This document shows, in pieces, positions 50,472 to 59,713 of a DNA stretch of 64,000 nucleotides. A program made the translations under genes and the position numbers. The notes beneath the pieces were generated by a model. The model was given only the letters and a program-made list of their open reading frames with translations, was not told the origin of the DNA and made no database searches. Numbering within the stretch: position 1 is the first letter of the stretch; the number at the start of each line of letters is the position of its first letter. Origin of the DNA: Patescibacteria group bacterium (GTDB lineage: Bacteria > Patescibacteriota > Microgenomatia > UBA1400 > PJMF01); assembly GCA_016861085.1 (NCBI GenBank), contig BOKR01000001.1, positions 451,271 to 515,270 of the forward strand, read 5' to 3'.

Positions 50472-51899
50472 TTAGTATAATTTTCCATAAATTTGACCCA
50501 TATCTTTTTTTTGATTTTTTTGAAGATTTTTTCTAACCTGATACATTCTCCATAAATTTGTCCTGATTTTAGATAGTGCTGAACTATAAGCCTCAGCTTT
50601 AATTAGAGATACTCTGTATATTTGACCATAGTAGTTAGTTTTTTTAAAGACCAGAACCATGCATTTTGTATAAAGATACTTTAAACAAAAAAGAGCAAAT
50701 TTTATTAAAAAACTGTGTAGAGGAAAATGGCTCAACAATAAAAACAAATGATTTTTTTCTATGTTAGCTAAGAAAAATGAAGTAGGCTGCTGGTCTGTTG
50801 TAGCACGATGCTTATGATATACAACTGACTTTGGTTGGTATAGTATGGTGTATCCTTTTCTCCATACTTTCAACGACAAGTCTACATCTTCATAATACAT
50901 AAAGTATGCGGGGTCAAAAATTTGTTCGCCAATTACTTCTCTTTTGATAAGACAACTTGCCCCACAAGCTGCTAATACTTCTTCTTCATGGTTGTAGTAC
51001 GATGAGTCAAAGTCATAAAATTCTTTGACACCATTTTTTGCTCTTAAGATTACACTACCTCTGTCTCTTCCTAATCCTTTCTTAAAAACTACACTACCGG
51101 CATTTTGTACAAGATATATTAGGTCATCCTTAATATCTTCTCTCTTTACTGTGATATTTAATTGCTTAACTTCTCTAGAAGGAAGAAAGTCAGAGACTAT
51201 TATTTTTCCAAATGTACTGATTTGAAATTTAGTCTTAATATTCGAGACATGAGGGTAGCCATGTAAAGAAATGTTGTATGTTTCGCTCTCTTTTCCTTTG
51301 AAAGGTAACAGCACTACTCCATGGCCGTCAGTCCATCTGCTTGAATAGTTTCCCTTTGTTTTTTTATAAAATCCTTTTTTGTACCATATCTGTTGACTTT
51401 TTTCTTTTGTGGAGCAACTAATGTTATCAACAATTAGCCCTAGTGGTTTGTAGCTATTACTGTTGGGATAAATGTTTACTTTTATTTCTGTGTCAGAAAT
51501 TATATCTAGTTCTATAAAGGGAGTACTAAAAAGTAATTTGGAGGTTACAATTCCAACGTTTTTATTTTTTTTGGCTGTTGAGACTAAGGATCTTAACCAG
51601 TTCCTATCAACTACAGTATCATTGTTGAGAAGTACGATGTATTCTCCGACAGCCTTACTATAGGCGAGATTGTTACCTTCAGCAAAACCAAGATTTGCTT
51701 TGCTTTCAACTAGCTTCACCCACGGAAAATCTTTTTTTACACAACTTACTGAATCGTCTTGTGAGTCATTATCTACCAATATAACTTCATACTCATTTCT
51801 CGGGAAATTAACATTATCAATAGAAGTAAGACAATCTTTTAAGAATTTTTTGCCATTATAGTTAATAATGAGAATTGAAACTAATGGTTTTTTTTTCAT
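50472..51899 (-). CDS. Glycosyltransferase, GT2 family with a C-terminal extension
   Basis: 475 aa with ILIINYNGKKFLKDCLTSI...VILVDNDSQDDS and YEDVDLS (a DxD motif). The extra C-terminal region of about 150 aa includes a TM-like segment. Confidence 0.75.
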   Translation of the reverse strand: MKKKPLVSILIINYNGKKFLKDCLTSIDNVNFPRNEYEVILVDNDSQDDSVSCVKKDFPWVKLVESKANLGFAEGNNLAYSKAVGEYIVLLNNDTVVDRNWLRSLVSTAKKNKNVGIVTSKLLFSTPFIELDIISDTEIKVNIYPNSNSYKPLGLIVDNISCSTKEKSQQIWYKKGFYKKTKGNYSSRWTDGHGVVLLPFKGKESETYNISLHGYPHVSNIKTKFQISTFGKIIVSDFLPSREVKQLNITVKREDIKDDLIYLVQNAGSVVFKKGLGRDRGSVILRAKNGVKEFYDFDSSYYNHEEEVLAACGASCLIKREVIGEQIFDPAYFMYYEDVDLSLKVWRKGYTILYQPKSVVYHKHRATTDQQPTSFFLANIEKNHLFLLLSHFPLHSFLIKFALFCLKYLYTKCMVLVFKKTNYYGQIYRVSLIKAEAYSSALSKIRTNLWRMYQVRKNLQKNQKKDMGQIYGKLY

Positions 51900-52020
51900 T
51901 GTTTATTTATTTGTATCACAATATGTGTATTCTGTATCTTATAAAACGGTGCTTTGTGAAGTAGTGATGAGTCCCAAATGCTAAAAAAAGCAAGCTAGTC
52001 AATCTGAATTTCTAATTTAC

Positions 52021-54123
52021 ATGAGTAATAATCTAGTATACAACATACAACAAGTGATGAAAAAATTTCTTTTTAGCTATTTTTGTTTTTGTTTTTGTTT
52101 TTTTACTTTTTTTGCTTCGGGATTTGTAGATTCTCAAGATGGGTTCCTATATTTAACTATCGCAAGAAGGATGTATTATGACAAAACGTTTGAAATGCCA
52201 GTTGAATCTTTCCCAGAAGAAAATATCCACATGAGTACGATGAAGGCAAAAGATGGAAAAATATATAGTCCAACAGGACTAGGCTATTCTCTCTCACTTT
52301 TACCAGCAGTTTTATTGGAAGATGTATTTTTACGTTTAAGTGATACAGAACCTATTTCAGCATTTCCACTAAGAAATGACTGGCCAGTATTATTATTTGC
52401 TAGCATGACCAATTCTTTTTGGGCTGCTCTTTTAGTGGTTACTTTTTATCTTTTTCTTAGAGAACTTTCGGTAGAACATAAGCCTGCAATTTTTCTTAGT
52501 TTTATTTTGACTGTAGCAACTAATTTATTTGTATACGCAAAACATTCTTTTGCTCACATGATGTTTACAAGTGTGTTATTTTTAACTTTTTTATGTATCA
52601 AAAAATCTAGTAAGTCAAAGCACGTATATTTTATGTTGCTTGCGGGATTTGCATATAGTATTGTAGTAATTTCTTATAATCCAACATACCTTTTTCCAAT
52701 CCCAGCAATTGGAATTTACTATCTTTTTACTCATAAAATTAACTTTTCTCTTTTTAAAGTAAAGGAGTTATTGAATAATTTATTCTTTGCTCTTGTTGGG
52801 GCTCTACCAATTATAACTTTATATGCATGGTTCAATAGTATTAGATTTGGTGATGCCATAAGTACTGGTTACGGGACAAGCGGTATAGAAATTCCACAGT
52901 TTCCCCCAATATACGTTATTATTGAAGGTTTTTGGGGACTACTTGTAAGTCCAGGAAAAAGTATATTTTTATTTTCACCAATCCTATTAATTATAATTTT
53001 ATTTTGGTTTCACTTGAAGAAAAAGATTTATCCTGAATTACTGGCTGGGTTAGCACTTTTTTTTGTATACCTTTGGTATATAGGGACTCTACTTGGTGGA
53101 GTCGATTTTTTGCTTTGGCATGGTGACTCTAGCTGGGGTCCAAGGTATATGTTACCAACCTTACCATTACTACTTCTACTTGTTGGATATATTTTTACGA
53201 AACTAACTAAAAGACAAAAAATCTTAGTTTTTTTTCCGCTGCTACTGTTTGGATTATATGTTAACCTCTTGGGTATTTTATTACCATATCAGATTAGATT
53301 TGCTGGTTTACAAACCAATGTTCATCTTAATGGTAGAGAATTTAATATGCATGAATATGGAAACGAAATTCCTAGATATTCCCCAATATTCAAGCAATCA
53401 AAAACGCTATTCCAGAGATTAGGAAAGTTAGACCAGTTGTTTGATCACGGGACATATAATTTACGACTTGTTGACGGTTTTGATTATCCGTTTGATATCG
53501 GATGGTCAGTTTGGAGAGGAATGCAGCCGTCTTCAGTTTTTTTATTCAACTCAAAAAAGGATCAAGGACCAAGGAAGCTTAGCTTAAAGCTAAAAAATCA
53601 CCAAATTGATCCTGTAAGTACCAAGTCAGCAACACTAAAATTTATCATAAATGGTCAAGAGGTCAAGAACGGTCAAAATTTTCTTATACCTACTGAACAA
53701 GAAAAAGAGTTTAATTTTGATCTTTCAGAGTATAAGTTGCTGGAAAAAAATAATGAGATGCTGATCCATTTGAGTTTTGAAAGTACGGCAGCAGCCTACT
53801 TAAAAGGAAAACAAGTACTATTTTTACAGTCACTCAGTTTCGATGATATTCACCAAAATATTCGAACAATTGATTATCCATATGTATCTGAAGTCTCGAA
53901 AAATCTTTTTGATGCTGAATATACTTTTTGGGGGAAGATACAAACTAACCCTTGGGAAATTTGGCACATGCACTCAGGGGTTTATGAACAGACGTTTGAT
54001 TTGTGGTGGTTGCGACCATTCCACTACTGGGATTACCCTAAAAACTTTTTCATTAGCTTATTTATTCTAGACTTTTCTGCTATCATATATTTTGGGTATC
54101 GAACGCTATGTTACAAACATTAA
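52021..54123 (+). CDS. Polytopic membrane protein, putative GT-C-fold glycosyltransferase with a large extracytoplasmic C-terminal domain
   Basis: 700 aa. The N-terminal loop FVDSQDGFLYLTIARRMY is GT-C-like with an acidic motif. It has at least 11 TM helices and a soluble C-terminal domain of about 250 aa. A (TTTTTG)n repeat plus T7 tracts lie at codons 22-30. Confidence 0.4.
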   Translation: MSNNLVYNIQQVMKKFLFSYFCFCFCFFTFFASGFVDSQDGFLYLTIARRMYYDKTFEMPVESFPEENIHMSTMKAKDGKIYSPTGLGYSLSLLPAVLLEDVFLRLSDTEPISAFPLRNDWPVLLFASMTNSFWAALLVVTFYLFLRELSVEHKPAIFLSFILTVATNLFVYAKHSFAHMMFTSVLFLTFLCIKKSSKSKHVYFMLLAGFAYSIVVISYNPTYLFPIPAIGIYYLFTHKINFSLFKVKELLNNLFFALVGALPIITLYAWFNSIRFGDAISTGYGTSGIEIPQFPPIYVIIEGFWGLLVSPGKSIFLFSPILLIIILFWFHLKKKIYPELLAGLALFFVYLWYIGTLLGGVDFLLWHGDSSWGPRYMLPTLPLLLLLVGYIFTKLTKRQKILVFFPLLLFGLYVNLLGILLPYQIRFAGLQTNVHLNGREFNMHEYGNEIPRYSPIFKQSKTLFQRLGKLDQLFDHGTYNLRLVDGFDYPFDIGWSVWRGMQPSSVFLFNSKKDQGPRKLSLKLKNHQIDPVSTKSATLKFIINGQEVKNGQNFLIPTEQEKEFNFDLSEYKLLEKNNEMLIHLSFESTAAAYLKGKQVLFLQSLSFDDIHQNIRTIDYPYVSEVSKNLFDAEYTFWGKIQTNPWEIWHMHSGVYEQTFDLWWLRPFHYWDYPKNFFISLFILDFSAIIYFGYRTLCYKH

Positions 54124-54887
54124 TGCTACCACTGGTTTCACACAAGTACCTTTTGTTACAGCTCATACAAAGGGAGATTAAGGCAAGGTACAAACAATCA
54201 ATCATTGGTTATTTTTGGGTTATTTTGAATCCTTTGTCTCAAATGTTAGTGTATACATTTGTTTTTAGTATTGTTTTTAAGTTTCCAACAAGTGTTCCAT
54301 ACCCGTTATTCTTGTTTGCAGCCTTGCTTCCTTGGACGCTATTGCAAGGAACTATAACAACAGCTACAAATAGTCTGGTCTATAATGATATTTTGCTTAA
54401 AAAGGTAGCTTTCCCAAGAGAAATTATTCCATACTCTGTGATAGCTGCAAAAACGATTGATTTTGTTTTCTCGTCACTCATTTTTGTTTTTTTGATGTTT
54501 TTATATAAAGTTCCTTTTTTACCTACAACACTTCTATTTTTCCCATTGTTTTTTGTACAAATAATTTTGATTGCGGGTATTTCATTATGTTTATCCGCAT
54601 TTAACTTATTTTATAGAGACATTCAGTATCTTACGAACTTAGTGTTGATGATTTGGATGTATATAACACCAGTAGTATATCCTCTGGCATTAGTTCCGAA
54701 AGAATTTTTACAGTTATATAAATTGAATCCAATGGTTGGAATCATTGAAGGGTATCGAGCGGTTTTGTTCGGTGAGAGGTTTGACCTTGACTCATTTCTT
54801 TGGTCTGCTATTGTCTCAGTTATACTCTTTGTTGTTGGTTTTTTGATTTTTAAAAGATTAGAAAAAACTTTTGCAGATATTGTATAA
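54108..54887 (+). CDS. wzm: ABC-2 type polysaccharide/teichoic-acid exporter permease
   Basis: 259 aa with six TM helices. It has the ABC-2 family layout with YRDIQYL in the loop before TM5, and is followed by the cognate ATPase. Confidence 0.8.
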   Translation: MLQTLMLPLVSHKYLLLQLIQREIKARYKQSIIGYFWVILNPLSQMLVYTFVFSIVFKFPTSVPYPLFLFAALLPWTLLQGTITTATNSLVYNDILLKKVAFPREIIPYSVIAAKTIDFVFSSLIFVFLMFLYKVPFLPTTLLFFPLFFVQIILIAGISLCLSAFNLFYRDIQYLTNLVLMIWMYITPVVYPLALVPKEFLQLYKLNPMVGIIEGYRAVLFGERFDLDSFLWSAIVSVILFVVGFLIFKRLEKTFADIV

Positions 54888-54895
54888 AAAAAGCT

Positions 54896-55627
54896 ATGAG
54901 CAACCTACCACACATTTTACTATCAAATGTAACTAAGAAGTTTATGTTACAAGGTGACAGAACTTTTAAAGAACTTCTTCCTAGTTTGATTAAAGGAAAC
55001 TCTTGGGCTCAAGAACTGCAAGCGCTTAAGAAAGTTAATTTAGAAATTCAGTCTGGTGAGACTGTCGGAATTGTTGGGCATAATGGAGCTGGTAAGTCAA
55101 CCCTTATGAAACTAATTGCAGGAGTTACATACCCAACAACTGGTGAAATTTCAGTTCAGGGAAGAGTTGCCCCGTTGATTGAGCTTGGAGCAGGGTTTCA
55201 TTATGAGTTGAATGGGTACGAAAATATTTATTTAAATGGTGCAATACTAGGCATGCACAAAGAGAAGATTGAGTCAGAAAAAGAAAACATAATAAAGTTT
55301 AGTGGTATTAAAAAATTCTTACATGAGCCTTTGAAGCGTTTTTCTACTGGTATGGTTATGCGTTTAGCTTTCTCCATAGCAGTACATGCCCATGCGCAGA
55401 TTTACCTTATTGATGAGGTTCTGGCTGTGGGAGACTCTGAGTTTCAGCAGCAATGTTTAGAGAAGTTAAATGAGATAAAAAGAGAAAAAGATAAAATTGT
55501 TGTTTTTATTAGTCATGATGAACAAGCAGTTCAGCATTTTTGTGAAAGAGTTGTTGTTTTAGATACTGGCAAAGTGATATACGATGGAGGTGTCAAAAAC
55601 GCTTTCGATGTATACCATCGAAAATAA
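54896..55627 (+). CDS. wzt: ABC exporter ATP-binding protein (Wzt/TagH/KpsT-like, without a C-terminal glycan-binding domain)
   Basis: 243 aa with Walker A GHNGAGKSTLMK, the signature FSTGMVMRLAF, and Walker B IYLIDEVLAVGD. Confidence 0.85.
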   Translation: MSNLPHILLSNVTKKFMLQGDRTFKELLPSLIKGNSWAQELQALKKVNLEIQSGETVGIVGHNGAGKSTLMKLIAGVTYPTTGEISVQGRVAPLIELGAGFHYELNGYENIYLNGAILGMHKEKIESEKENIIKFSGIKKFLHEPLKRFSTGMVMRLAFSIAVHAHAQIYLIDEVLAVGDSEFQQQCLEKLNEIKREKDKIVVFISHDEQAVQHFCERVVVLDTGKVIYDGGVKNAFDVYHRK

Positions 55628-55632
55628 TTTTT

Positions 55633-56766
55633 TTACTTTTCGTCCCAAATGTTATCTTTTTCCCATTCACGTTTGGAATTCAGTCTCCAGACTCTTGGGT
55701 CACGAAAACTGTTAGCTACTTGCCAAAATTCTTTTTCTTTCATACCAACGTAGTCTAGCCAATACTTCAGGTCACTTGGGACTACGTGGTCGTATTTTTT
55801 GACCATTTCGATCCCCTTTTCTCTAGTCATTAATCCACTGCGGATATCTTTTGAAGCATGATCAGAACCCCTTCCGTAACCGAATTTTATATATTTGAGG
55901 TAATCATGTAATCCGTTTTCATATCTATCATCTAAGTTGGACATTTTACGATAGGTTCTTTCGAATGGTTGAACAGCTTCTTTCCAACCGTATTTCTTTT
56001 GGACAAGTTTTGTATGTTTATATGGTTCCCATTTGAAAAAGTTTCCGATGTACAATCCTCTTACCCCAACTTTCAGAATTTCTTCGTCGGTAGGATATTT
56101 TGTCCATAGAAGGTCTTTTTCTGTTAAAGGTTCTTTTTCATCATTAATCAAGTTGTACCATTCATAACCCCTCAAGCCATGTTCATGACGTACACGAGCA
56201 CTGAATTCAACATAGTCTTCTGGCTCAAACATTCCTGATATGTCCCATACTATTTCACCCCATATAATAAGGGGAATATTAAATTTAACTGCAATTTGAA
56301 CCGGATAAGTAAAAATTCCGCAGTGACCATGCCAGTTCATATCGCCCATTTTTCTGAAACAGAGCCTATTGAGTTTTTTAAGCACCTCAACACTTGGTCC
56401 AAATACAATATGATCTGCGTCAAAATTATGTCTCATTCTGTCTCGATTGTAATCGCCTTCTGGTAGGTAATTGTTTCCATGATAGGTAACTAGGAGAGGT
56501 TTGAGACCATACTCTTTTGCCATGATATGAGCTTGATAGTAGCTGTCCTTTCCACCACTAACAGGTATGATACAGTCATAGTTTGAAGTGTTGTTTCTTA
56601 ATGTTTCTTCAATAATTCTTTCAAATCTCTTTTTTCTTTTATCCCAGAATTCCGGAGTAAGTTTATCCATTTTTTCTGCAACTCTACAACTAGAACATAT
56701 GCCGTCTTTATCAATTCCAAGATTAACTGCAACTTCTGGATATACACAACGTTTACAATATTTCAT
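55633..56766 (-). CDS. N-acetyl sugar amidotransferase (WbuX/WbpG/PseA-like PP-loop ATPase)
   Basis: 377 aa. It has the N-terminal Cys motif CKRC...CSSC and a PP-loop PVSGGKDS, and is co-located with HisH/HisF paralogs. Confidence 0.75.
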   Translation of the reverse strand: MKYCKRCVYPEVAVNLGIDKDGICSSCRVAEKMDKLTPEFWDKRKKRFERIIEETLRNNTSNYDCIIPVSGGKDSYYQAHIMAKEYGLKPLLVTYHGNNYLPEGDYNRDRMRHNFDADHIVFGPSVEVLKKLNRLCFRKMGDMNWHGHCGIFTYPVQIAVKFNIPLIIWGEIVWDISGMFEPEDYVEFSARVRHEHGLRGYEWYNLINDEKEPLTEKDLLWTKYPTDEEILKVGVRGLYIGNFFKWEPYKHTKLVQKKYGWKEAVQPFERTYRKMSNLDDRYENGLHDYLKYIKFGYGRGSDHASKDIRSGLMTREKGIEMVKKYDHVVPSDLKYWLDYVGMKEKEFWQVANSFRDPRVWRLNSKREWEKDNIWDEK

Positions 56767-57581
56767 AATGTTTCATCAATTCCTAACAAATTTGGTGGAC
56801 GAACCTTATAATTATTATCATATAAATACTTTTTTGCAAGATAAACACTTTGGTCAATATGATGGAAGACATTGGCAGCTGCAACAGCATCTACTGCACT
56901 TTCATCAAATGCTTCAGCAAAGTCAAACCATTCTCCAGCTCCACCACAAGCAATTACAGGTATTTTTACTGCCTGAGAAACTTCCTGTAATAATGGTATC
57001 TCATATCCATTTTTCTTACCATCTCTATCAACTGAGTTCAAGAGTATTTCTCCTGCCCCACATTCTTCGGCAATCTTTGCCCACTCTTTTGCTCCATATT
57101 TTGTAATTTCACTGCCTGAATTTTTCATTACGATGTATGAATCATCGATTTTTTTAACATCAATGGAAACAACTACGCATTGTGAACCAAACTGTTTAGC
57201 TGCTTGTGTAATGAACTTTTTATCTTCAAGTGGTTTAGTATTAATAGAAATTTTGTCAGCACCTCTTGAGAGTCGATCTTCTATATCTTTCAAAGTTCTA
57301 ATTTTTCCTCCAATTGTAATAGGCATAAATGTTCTTTTTGACACATCATCAAGAATCTCAAAAATCGTATGACGGTTTGGATTATGTAAGTCTTCTCTTC
57401 TCATGTCATAGTTTTCATCTGTAGATATATCCAAGTAAATCAACTCATCAGATGCCCATTGACTCAATCTCTTTACGGCAGTGATTGGGTTTCCAAGGTT
57501 TTGGTACTCTGAAAATCCTTTGCTTTGCACGAGCCAGCCATTTCTCAGTAGAAGTACGGGGATGAGACGTTTCTTTTTCAT
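56763..57581 (-). CDS. Imidazole glycerol phosphate synthase cyclase-subunit paralog (HisF-like, WbuZ-type) dedicated to sugar amidination
   Basis: 272 aa with LIPVLLLRNGWLVQSKGF...LDIS and GADKISINT, the HisF (βα)8 barrel signatures. It overlaps its neighbours by 4 nt. Confidence 0.75.
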   Translation of the reverse strand: MKKKRLIPVLLLRNGWLVQSKGFSEYQNLGNPITAVKRLSQWASDELIYLDISTDENYDMRREDLHNPNRHTIFEILDDVSKRTFMPITIGGKIRTLKDIEDRLSRGADKISINTKPLEDKKFITQAAKQFGSQCVVVSIDVKKIDDSYIVMKNSGSEITKYGAKEWAKIAEECGAGEILLNSVDRDGKKNGYEIPLLQEVSQAVKIPVIACGGAGEWFDFAEAFDESAVDAVAAANVFHHIDQSVYLAKKYLYDNNYKVRPPNLLGIDETL

Positions 57582-58189
57582 ATCCTCAAAAAGTTTTCAA
57601 GTAATATTTTTCCTGTTTGTTGGCTTTTCTCTGGGTGGAATTGCACACCATAAATATTATCTTTTTGGAGTATTGAGCAAAAATCAGTTCCATAGTTTGT
57701 ATGTGCAACTACTACCTCCTCATTTTTTGGTTCAAAACAAAAGCTGTGGACAAAATAAAAGTCGGAATTTTGAGGTAAATGCTTTGTTAATACTGATTCT
57801 TTTACAACTTCAATATTATTCCATCCAACATGTGGGAGGGGTAGTGAATCAACTGAAAGAACTTTGACTACTCCTGGTATCCATCCCAAACCTTTGTGTA
57901 TACCGAATTCATGTCCTGTATCTGCTAAAACTTGCATGCCAACGCAAATACCAAGAAATGGTTTTTTTTGATTAAAGACTGCTGTCTTTAAAAGTTCTAG
58001 AGGAATATTTTTTTGTATTTTTTTCATTGAAGAACCAAATGCCCCAACCCCTGGAAGTATGAGGTGCGTTGCGTCGATAATATCTTTTGGTTCGTTGGAT
58101 ATCACAACTTGTTTTTCAATGAGGGAGACAATATTGAAAACAGATCTTACATTACCTGATCCATAATCTAGTATGCAGATTTTTTTCAT
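57578..58189 (-). CDS. Glutamine amidotransferase, HisH paralog (WbuY-type)
   Basis: 203 aa with a class I GATase triad context (GICVGMQ and FHPEKS). Confidence 0.8.
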   Translation of the reverse strand: MKKICILDYGSGNVRSVFNIVSLIEKQVVISNEPKDIIDATHLILPGVGAFGSSMKKIQKNIPLELLKTAVFNQKKPFLGICVGMQVLADTGHEFGIHKGLGWIPGVVKVLSVDSLPLPHVGWNNIEVVKESVLTKHLPQNSDFYFVHSFCFEPKNEEVVVAHTNYGTDFCSILQKDNIYGVQFHPEKSQQTGKILLENFLRI

Positions 58190-59670
58190 ATTTCTTTGAT
58201 TATAGCATTGGCCATAGTATCAATTAATAGATTTCTTGGTTGGGGTGATAATGCTGCTAACTCTGGTGATGTAGCTGTGTTGATAAATTTTTTCTTATAG
58301 TACAAAAGGTATCTTAAGACTTCTTCAAGCACTGTTGTTTTTTTTATATTGCTTATCATTTTTAAAGCTTCTTTACATTCATTTTGAGAGGTCACAATGT
58401 AACAGGCATTACAAGGACTATACCAAGCTGAAGCACTAAAGGTAAGCACTGGTTTACCCATAATAAGCGACTCCCAGCCACTACTACCAGTTAATGTAAC
58501 AGTACACTGAGAATGTTTGATGAGATCCTGAGAGCTAGTATCTAGTGAAACTAATCTAATATTTTTATATTGATTGATTTTTTCGTAAAATTCTTTAGTT
58601 CTAAAGTTCATCTTTCTAGTATCAGTCCTTGAGAACTGGTTTGGATGTTCTTTCACATACAACAACCAACCAGTGGGAAGAGATTTTGAAAGTATATCTA
58701 TTGCTAATAGCTGATTCTCAAAAATGTCACCTTCTGGCATGCTAGTTCTTTCTGGCTGAAAGTGTAGTGCAAAGTAGACAAATTTTTTGTTAACTTGCAC
58801 TTGCTTTGCTGTTTTATTATAAAAATTAAATAATGCTTTGTTTTTGAAATAGTATTGGAATATCATTAAATAGTATCCAAACCAGTTTGTTGGTTTTTCC
58901 ATGTATGTAGGACTAAAATAAACTCTTTCGAATGGATTATGAATGAGAGAAAACAGTGCTTTGATGGTTGGAATATCGATAATTGCTTTAAAAAAACTGG
59001 AATTATTTTGTTTTGTAGCTGTCTTATTATCTTGAATGTTAATTTTCATTAAGATGCTTTGCTGAAAGATCTGCGAAAACTGTCTTTCTCCAAGCTTCAT
59101 TTTTAATTCTTTAAAGTTGTTGTCAGAGAGGTATGTTGAAGGAATTTTTTTAAAGTTATTGTAATCATTAGTGATAAGGGCTGTATCATCAAGCAAAGTT
59201 TCTCTCACGATAATACATTTAATATTGAGCTGTTTTGCTAAAGCAAGCACAATATTTCCGTATCCAAGGTGTGGAACTCTTGGAAAAATAATCCTTTTTA
59301 TTTTCTCTTTTTCTAGAAAGTGCTTCCAAAATAAGAGGAGTTCATAGTATTGCTGTTTTCTGAATTGAACTGTTTTTGGATAAAAACAAGTTCTATCTGT
59401 AATGCTTAAGTATAAGCTTTCGAGCTCAAAGTTCTGGTAAATGGTCTTTTTTGATAAGCTTTTTGGGTTATTCTTATTGATTCCATTTATTTTATCTGCA
59501 AAGTGAAATTGTTTTTCATCTATGATTTTTATGTTTGAAAATTCTTTTTTATTTCTATAAAGATCAGGAAAAGTTGTAACAATGTGGGTGATTGGGCAGT
59601 CTTTTTTTACAAGCGCTTCTACCACATCCCTGTAATAGTTATCGTTAAATTCAAGGAGCAATATGCTCAT
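58186..59670 (-). CDS. Capsule-polysaccharide biosynthesis family protein (Capsule_synth, KpsC/KpsS/LpsZ-like ulosonic-acid transferase)
   Basis: 494 aa. LLYVKEHPNQ...(about 40 aa)...VTLTGSSGWESLIMGKPVLTFSASAWY resembles the HP motif and C-terminal block of KpsC/KpsS. It is assigned from memory of the motif only. Confidence 0.35.
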   Translation of the reverse strand: MSILLLEFNDNYYRDVVEALVKKDCPITHIVTTFPDLYRNKKEFSNIKIIDEKQFHFADKINGINKNNPKSLSKKTIYQNFELESLYLSITDRTCFYPKTVQFRKQQYYELLLFWKHFLEKEKIKRIIFPRVPHLGYGNIVLALAKQLNIKCIIVRETLLDDTALITNDYNNFKKIPSTYLSDNNFKELKMKLGERQFSQIFQQSILMKINIQDNKTATKQNNSSFFKAIIDIPTIKALFSLIHNPFERVYFSPTYMEKPTNWFGYYLMIFQYYFKNKALFNFYNKTAKQVQVNKKFVYFALHFQPERTSMPEGDIFENQLLAIDILSKSLPTGWLLYVKEHPNQFSRTDTRKMNFRTKEFYEKINQYKNIRLVSLDTSSQDLIKHSQCTVTLTGSSGWESLIMGKPVLTFSASAWYSPCNACYIVTSQNECKEALKMISNIKKTTVLEEVLRYLLYYKKKFINTATSPELAALSPQPRNLLIDTMANAIIKEI

Positions 59671-59713
59671 AGTAGCTTTCTAAAAAATTTGGTAGGTGGA
59701 TACTGTGAGCTCA

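Noticed and set aside
56763-58189. HisF and HisH as a histidine-biosynthesis operon
   Set aside because: No other his genes are adjacent. They are sandwiched between a PP-loop N-acetyl sugar amidotransferase and capsule and nonulosonic-acid genes, the known WbuXYZ/WbpG-type arrangement for sugar amidination.
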